Positions 57,030 through 63,236 of a stretch of 63,236 bases of DNA are shown here, in pieces. The notes beneath the pieces are model-generated. The model ran no database searches, was not told the DNA's origin, and saw only the letters and a list, made by a program, of their open reading frames with translations. Numbering within the stretch: the first letter of the stretch is position 1; every line of letters starts with the position of its first letter. The position numbers were made by a program, and so were the translations under genes. This DNA comes from Erysipelotrichaceae bacterium (GTDB taxonomy: Bacteria > Bacillota_I > Bacilli_A > RFN20 > CAG-826), in the NCBI GenBank assembly GCA_022777645.1, contig JALFFX010000005.1, forward strand, positions 1 through 63,236, read 5' to 3'.

Positions 57030-58999
57030 TGGTTAGTAAGAAAACTTCCGCTTTACTTATTGGTATTTTGCCAGCGGTGATGGTTGTAGCATCTTTGACT
57101 CATAATCACTCATTTTTAAAAACCGTTGCGAGTGGAGAAATTTACACTCGCAATCTCATATTAAATGACACTAATACTCCTACAATTAGTGAAGGGAACG
57201 CTATTTTAAATACTAGAGCTCATAATGCCGATATTACTGTTATTTATAATAATGTTAAAGACACCATTAGTGATGGAGCACATATTGATTTAAATAAAAA
57301 TGGTTATTTTTATAAAACAGCAGCTTCAAATGAGTTAACTAGTGTCAACGCTACATTCATAGGAAGTTTAGCCATATATACAGGTGGTTCATTAGATGAT
57401 TTAACATTTAAATACAATTTAATTTCTGGTGAAAATACATCTATTATTGGTAACTATTTCAAAGTAGTTGCTGAAGAAGAAACAGTTGTTAATAGTGTTA
57501 CATTTGGTTATGGCTGTCTAACACCAATTACCATTAGTCCACACGTATATGCTGAACAATATTCTCATGATGAAACTCATCACTGGAAAGAATGTGTGGC
57601 TCACGCAAATTGTATTTCTAAAATTGAATATGAAGCCCATGATCACTCAGCAGAACTAATCACAAAACCAGAATATCAAATTCCTGGTTCGGAAAGATTA
57701 ACTTGCTCTATTTGTAGTGAAACTCATGTAAGCGAAATACCTGCTCTTACATATAACGGTATTGGTGTTTATAACCCTGCTGCAAGAAGCGAATATATAG
57801 TAGGAGAGTCTTTCTCCGCTAATGGCTTAGCAATTAGAAAAGCAGAAAATGGTGTCTTGCAAGGTGAAAATGTTGAATTTACATATACTCCTACTGGAGC
57901 ATTAACTTTAGATGATCATGAAATCTTAGTTAAATACACTAATGAATATGGTGATGAATACACCACAACAATTGATATTAGTGTTTCTAACGGTGTTTCA
58001 ATCGAAACTGAAGATGCTAATACAATTACAGGTGGAGAAATTGCTACAACTGGCATGGTTGCAGGATATGCATCAGGTAAAGCTATGACAAGAAATTTTG
58101 GTGAGGGAGGTACAATGAAATTCTTCATCACCGCAAATGAAAATGTAACAAGCAATATTTATATTGTTGGTGCCTCTGCTTGCGTTTCTCAATATGTTAA
58201 TGGTGTGCCATTTGTTACAGAAGATATGCAATTAAATAAACTCCTCACTTTACAAGTTAACGGCGAAGAAATCGCAATCAGCGATGATGCAGTTTTTGAA
58301 GGTAAAAGATTTGAAACAGCAGACTATAAAAATCTCGCAAACTGGACAAATGTTTATTTAAATAAAATAAATTTAGTTAAAGGCGATAATGAAATTTTAT
58401 TTACATTCAAAGCTTCACCTTATGTAAATGCAGATGAAGGTAAGACAACCGCCTCTCCTTTTTATGATAAGATGATGCTTACTGGTGAAGGTATTTCACA
58501 TAATACTGAATATATAGAAGCACCTGATGAACCAGTACTTCCTGAATTAACAGCCACAACAAAAATTGAAGCTGAAAATATGGAAATATCGGGTGCTACT
58601 AAGGCTGGAAATCAAAGCTTGCACCCTGGCTATGCAAATAGTGGAGTTGCAAGTAATTACTCTAACCAAGCATTCGTTAAAAACTTTAATGCAGGCGGTT
58701 ACTTAAAATACACATGTAAAGTTAGTACAGATACATCTATTAGCCTCAATTTAGCGGGTTCCCCAACAAGCACTAATACAGCCGTTGATCTTAAAAATAT
58801 ATTTAAATTGTTTATCAATGGTGAAGAAGTTTCAATTAATGGAGATGCAACATATGTTGCTTCTTCAACTACATGGCTTGTTAGAGATGGTGATTTCGGA
58901 ACCTATGATGTAACTGCTGGAACACTTGAAATTGAATTTAAAGTCATATCAACAACAGAATCAATCTTCGTTGATTACCTTGATATTTCGATTCTTTAA
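57029..58999 (+). CDS. Membrane-anchored paralog of 52308-53948 (Ig-like + two CBM-like modules)
   Basis: N-terminal anchor ALLIGILPAVMVVASL. The C-terminal ~340 aa are near-identical to the first paralog. TAATG overlap with the GH3 stop. Confidence 0.65.
   Translation: MVSKKTSALLIGILPAVMVVASLTHNHSFLKTVASGEIYTRNLILNDTNTPTISEGNAILNTRAHNADITVIYNNVKDTISDGAHIDLNKNGYFYKTAASNELTSVNATFIGSLAIYTGGSLDDLTFKYNLISGENTSIIGNYFKVVAEEETVVNSVTFGYGCLTPITISPHVYAEQYSHDETHHWKECVAHANCISKIEYEAHDHSAELITKPEYQIPGSERLTCSICSETHVSEIPALTYNGIGVYNPAARSEYIVGESFSANGLAIRKAENGVLQGENVEFTYTPTGALTLDDHEILVKYTNEYGDEYTTTIDISVSNGVSIETEDANTITGGEIATTGMVAGYASGKAMTRNFGEGGTMKFFITANENVTSNIYIVGASACVSQYVNGVPFVTEDMQLNKLLTLQVNGEEIAISDDAVFEGKRFETADYKNLANWTNVYLNKINLVKGDNEILFTFKASPYVNADEGKTTASPFYDKMMLTGEGISHNTEYIEAPDEPVLPELTATTKIEAENMEISGATKAGNQSLHPGYANSGVASNYSNQAFVKNFNAGGYLKYTCKVSTDTSISLNLAGSPTSTNTAVDLKNIFKLFINGEEVSINGDATYVASSTTWLVRDGDFGTYDVTAGTLEIEFKVISTTESIFVDYLDISIL
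57983..58999 (+). repeat. About 1-kb direct repeat, copy 2
   Basis: See 52905-53948. Confidence 0.85.
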
Positions 59000-59087
59000 A
59001 ATCTAAGGAGATGTACCAAGTGCGGTACATCACCTGCAGTTTATCTAAATTTAAATAATGTAATTTTCTAACGCAAAAAAATCAATA

Positions 59088-59115
59088 GATCTACCGAACT
59101 GGTGGGTCTTTTTTT
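59088..59115 (+). terminator. Rho-independent terminator
   Basis: GATCTACC-gaact-GGTGGGTC (two G-U pairs) followed by TTTTTTT. Confidence 0.65.
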
Positions 59116-59298
59116 AGTTCTTCTCGACAATTAAGTAAAAAAATATATTAATTCTTGATAAAAGCAACATATCTTCTTATTTTTAGCGATGCGTTATTTT
59201 TTTCAATTTTAATGTATAAAGTTGCTTGGAATTTTTCCAAAAACAGAAAAAATCTATGAGGACCTTACTTGAAATATTATAATTTTGGATTTGTTCTT

Positions 59299-59390
59299 TT
59301 CCATTTCTGGGATTTAATTAGTGCCAAAAATGGGATTTAATTTATGCCAAAAATGGGATTTAATTAGTGCCAAAAATGGGATTTTATATT
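59299..59390 (+). repeat. About 3.6 x 23-bp tandem direct repeats (iteron-like), core GCCAAAAATGGGATT
   Basis: Core starts at 59323, 59346 and 59369 (exact 23-bp period), plus a partial unit at 59308-59321. Confidence 0.85.
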
Positions 59391-59981
59391 TTTTATTTGG
59401 ATTTCTGCTAAAGCAGAAGTGGATAAAAGTAATTCTTTTGGACAATTTATTCTTATTAGGAAGCGTCGCCGATAAAATATTAGTTGATGGTAAAGAAGAT
59501 AAAAGCTGACACACTGGAACTAGTAGAATCGTTAAAATCAAGAAGAACAGGTAATGGCAGTATGTTATCACTTAGAAGAAAAACAAAGCAAAATCATGTT
59601 CTCTTAATGACCATTTAACTAGTGTGTAGCAAAAATATTAAAAATGTTTCACACGCATTAGGTTAATTGTGGTGCCAGCAGAATAAGTTAAAGAATATAA
59701 AAAAGTCCTAGTATCATATTATGAAGTTGATCAAAGAAACATCATCGCCGCATTTAGAGACCATCCTTATAGGATATTAAGTGATAAAACTTTTAATTAT
59801 CAAAACTGAATTATTTAAATGATAAAGCAATATAATTTTTACCAATTTGTAGTGCGGACAAAAAAACTTGGCCTAAAGTAGTAAGGACAAGATATGCGCA
59901 AATTATTTCAAAATTCCAACAAAGTAAACTCTAATATTATCTCTTGCAAACGCACATTAAAAAATGTAAAATAAGGTGCAA

Positions 59982-60593
59982 ATGGAAGAAAGTACTAATT
60001 ATTCTCTACTTGAAAAAATCTTTAAAGCCAATGGTGGATATATCACTCGTGAAGATGTTAATAACGCTAATATATCATCATGGTTTCTTTCTGATTTTGT
60101 TAAAAGGAACAACCTTAGTAAGATTGCTCCCGGCTTTTACGCCGATGATAATTATATTATCGATAATTATTACATCATTCAAAGAAGATATCCTAAATAT
60201 ATCTTTTCAGGACTAAGTGCTCTTTATCTACTTGGGCTTACTGATAAAATACCAACTGACATAGAAGTAAGTTCACCACAAAATTATCATCCTTCTAGGA
60301 ACAAAATCGATTTGCTTATTATTCATAAACTATCAAACAAAAAAGTTTATGAACTAGGTATTAAAGAAGTCAAAACGATGTTTGGTAATATTGTTAAAAC
60401 TTATGACGAAGAAAGAACGATATGCGATGTTATTAAATATCGCGATAAATATGATGTGGAAACATTTATTAAGGCAATTAAGTTTTATGTTAGAACCACC
60501 AACAAACAAACTAAGCTTTTTGAATATGCTAGAGAACTAGGTATCGAAAAGAAAGTATATGAAGTAATTGAGATAGTGGCAAATGCATATTAA
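59982..60593 (+). CDS. AbiEi-family type IV antitoxin / transcriptional regulator
   Basis: LLEKIFKANGGYITREDV...LSKIAPGFY, and typical size. Confidence 0.65.
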   Translation: MEESTNYSLLEKIFKANGGYITREDVNNANISSWFLSDFVKRNNLSKIAPGFYADDNYIIDNYYIIQRRYPKYIFSGLSALYLLGLTDKIPTDIEVSSPQNYHPSRNKIDLLIIHKLSNKKVYELGIKEVKTMFGNIVKTYDEERTICDVIKYRDKYDVETFIKAIKFYVRTTNKQTKLFEYARELGIEKKVYEVIEIVANAY

Positions 60594-60777
60594 TAAAGAA
60601 TCACTAAAAGCAAGAGCGAATAATCTTTCTAATAAGTTAGGAATATCTCAAAATATTGTTTATGATAGATTCTTTTTCGATGCATTTTTAGCTAGGCTAT
60701 CAATTTCTCCATATAAAAATAAATTTGTGCTTAAGGACGCTTTCTATTTATCAAACGTTCTTGGAATAGTGTCCTAG
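60583..60777 (+). pseudogene. AbiEii (DUF1814 nucleotidyltransferase) toxin gene, truncated to 64 codons
   Basis: The N-terminus LKARANNLSNKLGISQNIVYDRFFFDAFLARLSISPYKNKFVLK matches AbiEii starts. The frame ends 14 nt after entering the 34-bp repeat at 60761. Confidence 0.6.
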
Positions 60778-60794
60778 AAAACCAACATTTATCT
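60761..60794 (+). repeat. Copy 2 of the 34-bp exact long-range direct repeat
   Basis: Identical to 1556-1589. Confidence 0.9.
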
Positions 60795-60843
60795 ACGATA
60801 TTTCCTACAAAACTATTCTTTTTAATTCAAACATAACTTTTTT

Positions 60844-60923
60844 GGATTTTGTGATTTTCCACCTAATTTATATACAGAATTTTGTGATTTTTATTCTTAA
60901 ATTATGAGGAATTTTGTGATTCT
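60844..60923 (+). repeat. Three direct repeats GrATTTTGTGATTyT with 32-33 bp spacing
   Basis: Copies at 60844-60858, 60877-60891 and 60909-60923. Confidence 0.8.
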
Positions 60924-61090
60924 ATGTAATCGCAATATCATCGTAATGGAGTATTTAAGAAGAAAAAAGATGCATTCTTGGATGAATGGTTCAATAGCAA
61001 TAATAAGAAACCGTTTGAGCATATTATTTAAAAATAATAATTAATCTTGCTAATATAAATATAAGGATACTATTTTGGAGATTAAACAAT

Positions 61091-62752
61091 ATGAGCCAAG
61101 CAAGAAAAACTGTCATTATTGGTGGTGTTGCAGCTGGTGCGAGCTGTGCAGCAAGATTACGTCGACTTGATAATAAAAGAAAAATCATTATTTTAGAACG
61201 TGGTGAATACATCTCATACGCAAACTGTGGACTTCCGTATCATATTGGAGATGTCATTCAAAATAGAGGTGCATTGTTATTGATGACTCCAGAGATGATG
61301 TGGAGCCGTTTTCGAATTGAAGTTAGAACTAAAAACGAAGTAATCAATATTAATAGAGAAAAGAAAACAGTTTTGGTCAAAGACTTAAATAAAAATGAAA
61401 CATATGAAGAATCATATGATGATTTAGTCATCGCAACTGGTTCATCACCATTAAGACCTGCAATTCCTGGTATTGATAGTGATAAGATCCACACTGTATG
61501 GACAGTCCCTGATACTGATGAAATAAAACATTTGATGCAAAAGGAAGGCGTTAATCATATCGCTGTTATCGGTGGTGGTTTTATCGGACTAGAAATGGCC
61601 GATAATTTAATACACGCTGGTAAAGAAGTTACATTAATTGAAGCTCTTAACCAAGTGATGGCACCACTTGATTATGAAATGGCGCAAATCCTACATCAAA
61701 ATATTAAAAGTCATGGTGTAAACCTAATTCTCAATGACGGTGTTAACTCTTTTATAGAAGAAGATAACAAAATCAAAATCGAACTCAAAAGTGGCAAAAA
61801 AGTTAATGTCGATTTAGTGATATTAGCAATTGGCGTTAGACCTAATAGCAAACTTGCAAAAGAAGCAGGTTTAAAGCTCAATGAACGCGGTGGGATTATC
61901 GTTGATGACCATATGAGAACAGAAGATCCATCAATTTATGCAGTAGGTGATGTTATTGAAGTAGAAGATTTTGTCTTTAAAGGTCGCGCGATGGTGCCAC
62001 TTGCAGGACCCGCGAATAAACAAGGAAGAATTCTCGCTGATGTTTTAGTAGGAAGAAATTCAACTTACAAAGGAACTCAAGGTTCATCTATCGCTAAAGT
62101 CTTTGATTTAACTGTCGCTTCAACTGGTGTTAATGAAAAGACGCTTATTAAAAATAATATGAAAAAAGGCGTGGATTATGAGAGTTTAATCATTAGACAA
62201 AACTCACATGCTGGATATTATCCAGGAGCCACTCCAATGTTTATCAAATTAATTTTCTCACTAAAAAATGAAAAGATATTAGGTGCTCAAATAGTAGGTA
62301 TTGATGGTGTAGATAAACGAATCGACACCATTGGAGTAGCGATGAGACTAGGCGCTAAAGCAAGAAACTTGAAAGATTTAGAATTAGCCTACGCTCCTCC
62401 ATATTCATCAGCAAAAGATCCAGTTAATATGGCAGGATTTGTCGCTGAAAATATTCTTACCGGTTTAGTTAAACAAGCACCTTATGATGTCGTAAATAAA
62501 GATCCTAATGCTTTCTTATTAGATGTTAGAGAACCAAAAGAAGTGTTAATGTATGCAATTCCAAAGGCGAAGAATATTCCTTTAGGAGAACTTAGAGATA
62601 GACTATCTGAACTTAATAAAGAAGATAGAATCATTGTTTTCTGCGCGATTGGTGTAAGAGCATATACAGCAGCGCGTATTCTTATGCAAAACGGATTTAA
62701 GAATGTCGAAATCTATCCTGGTGGCGTAGCATTCTATAAAATTAATTTCTAA
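61091..62752 (+). CDS. cdr: CoA-disulfide / persulfide reductase with a C-terminal rhodanese domain
   Basis: VIIGGVAAGASCA, redox Cys in YANCGLPY, second Rossmann VIGGGFIGLE, rhodanese loop VFCAIGVRA. Confidence 0.85.
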   Translation: MSQARKTVIIGGVAAGASCAARLRRLDNKRKIIILERGEYISYANCGLPYHIGDVIQNRGALLLMTPEMMWSRFRIEVRTKNEVININREKKTVLVKDLNKNETYEESYDDLVIATGSSPLRPAIPGIDSDKIHTVWTVPDTDEIKHLMQKEGVNHIAVIGGGFIGLEMADNLIHAGKEVTLIEALNQVMAPLDYEMAQILHQNIKSHGVNLILNDGVNSFIEEDNKIKIELKSGKKVNVDLVILAIGVRPNSKLAKEAGLKLNERGGIIVDDHMRTEDPSIYAVGDVIEVEDFVFKGRAMVPLAGPANKQGRILADVLVGRNSTYKGTQGSSIAKVFDLTVASTGVNEKTLIKNNMKKGVDYESLIIRQNSHAGYYPGATPMFIKLIFSLKNEKILGAQIVGIDGVDKRIDTIGVAMRLGAKARNLKDLELAYAPPYSSAKDPVNMAGFVAENILTGLVKQAPYDVVNKDPNAFLLDVREPKEVLMYAIPKAKNIPLGELRDRLSELNKEDRIIVFCAIGVRAYTAARILMQNGFKNVEIYPGGVAFYKINF

Positions 62753-62776
62753 GAACTATATTATAGTGTTTATGTA

Positions 62777-62809
62777 AAAGTGGATATTGGTAAAAACTAT
62801 CCACTTTTT
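62777..62809. terminator. Terminator hairpin after cdr
   Basis: AAAAGTGGATA, 10-nt loop, TATCCACTTTT (11-bp perfect stem) running into a T-run. Confidence 0.7.
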
Positions 62810-63044
62810 AATATAATTGTGAAACATTTTTTAATCGCTTTGCAAATATTAATTACCGCAATAAAAACGGAAGGAATGTGTGCCAAAAATAAATAAAACA
62901 GTATATTAGGGTATACCAATATAACAAAAACAAGTACACGAATTGATTGTGGAAAGAGTGATATATCTTGACATCGAATTATATTAAAAGAATACATATA
63001 AAATTAATCTAGCAGTAAAGAAAAAAGTTGGTAATTAAATCTTG

Positions 63045-63145
63045 TGATATAATGGTTTTGTCAAACAAAGGATGTTGAAGTAGTTACTGAATCTTTGTTT
63101 GACGACACCTGTTCGGTAGCTACTTCAACATATAGGTGTCTTTTT
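63045..63145 (+). promoter_or_regulatory. Extended -10 promoter (TGaTATAAT at 63045-63053) plus an ~85-nt leader with three interleaved perfect stems
   Basis: Stem A: 63060-63070 pairs with 63093-63103 (11 bp). Stem B: 63072-63083 pairs with 63120-63131 (12 bp). Stem C: 63104-63110 pairs with 63134-63140 (7 bp, contains RBS AGGTG), followed by TTTTT and the ATG at 63146. Confidence 0.45.
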
Positions 63146-63236
63146 ATGTTGCAAGAAACTAATTTTCGTGATTTCGTCGAATCTTTATCTATTGATGAAC
63201 TATTAGATTTAGAAAGAGAAATTAGATATAGGAAAT
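63146..63236 (+). CDS. 5' end of an unidentified gene (runs off the window)
   Basis: MLQETNFRDFVESLSIDELLDLEREIRYRK. RBS AGGTG 7 nt upstream. Confidence 0.35.
   Translation, partial: MLQETNFRDFVESLSIDELLDLEREIRYRK

Noticed and set aside
59314-59571. ORFs 59321-59509 (+) and 59314-59571 (-) drawn across the 23-bp repeat array.
   Set aside because: Their sequences are simply translations of the tandem repeat (PKMGFN... repeated). There is no RBS, so I treat the region as non-coding repeat DNA.
59705-59809. A possible RelE/ParE-like toxin C-terminal fragment (VLVSYYEVDQRNIIAAFRDHPYRIL).
   Set aside because: Only about 34 codons are open, there is no start, and the similarity is a loose pattern impression. 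It is too weak to annotate.
1556-60794. The 59-kb interval between the two 34-bp direct repeats as a single integrated element with attL/attR.
   Set aside because: The interval contains clear housekeeping operons (fba, rarA, rlmD, the ABC importer, trk). The repeats are more plausibly dispersed copies of a small element or recombination scar.
62797-62997. A 66-aa minus-strand hydrophobic ORF downstream of cdr.
   Set aside because: It has no RBS, its 3' end runs into the cdr terminator hairpin, and its composition is consistent with AT-rich non-coding DNA.
1-63236. Mycoplasma-type genetic code (TGA read as Trp).
   Set aside because: Several well-supported genes end at TGA (235-237, 42762-42764), and the long conserved ORFs are uninterrupted under the standard code.

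Overview
This is an AT-rich, Firmicutes/Mollicutes-like chromosomal segment. It uses the standard genetic code: TGA works as a stop (for example 235-237 and 42762-42764), and the long conserved ORFs contain no in-frame TGA. I recognised no rRNA, tRNA or CRISPR array by eye.

Housekeeping blocks:
- 6.8-9.7 kb: an Fe/B12-type ABC importer.
- 17.7-22.4 kb: a Kdp-like two-component system plus Trk/Ktr K+ uptake genes.
- 22.8-38.9 kb: fba, a GT2 glycosyltransferase, rarA, a nucleoside hydrolase, PAP2, TetR, DegV, DAK2, a 5'-nucleotidase, an SDR and rlmD/rumA.
- 61.1-62.8 kb: a CoA-disulfide reductase with a rhodanese domain.

Three accessory islands lie between these blocks.

Island 1 (1-6.7 kb):
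- A Phd antitoxin next to a ParE toxin fused to a GNAT acetyltransferase.
- A gene remnant.
- A WYL-like / SF1 helicase / PD-(D/E)xK nuclease protein with an Hhe-like architecture.
- A 573-aa protein carrying two RNxxAH HEPN motifs, a Cas13-like dual-HEPN layout with no CRISPR array nearby.

Island 2 (9.9-17.6 kb) is a minus-strand cassette containing:
- A hypothetical protein.
- An Xre-type HTH protein.
- A 932-aa protein whose motifs match eukaryotic-type RdRP / YonO-like two-barrel polymerases, including a DYDSD metal loop.
- A DEDDh exonuclease with a BRCT-like tail.
- A decayed ADP-ribosylglycohydrolase.
- A transmembrane-less FtsH-like AAA-M41 protease.

Island 3 (38.9-61.0 kb) starts right after rlmD and contains:
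- A decayed phage small-terminase gene.
- Type I R-M genes hsdMSR with tightly appended RES-domain and DUF2971 genes.
- An AAA_14/DUF4143 ATPase.
- An XRE-DUF3791 gene and a DUF3791-like-GNAT gene.
- A metallophosphoesterase.
- A GH3 glycosidase flanked by two CBM-bearing paralogs, and bracketed by two related 3 x 23-bp iteron-like arrays.
- An AbiEi gene with a truncated AbiEii gene.

The best candidates for something undescribed are the RdRP/YonO-like polymerase cassette and the dual-HEPN plus helicase-nuclease pair. All functional calls rest on motif recognition by eye. No database search was run.
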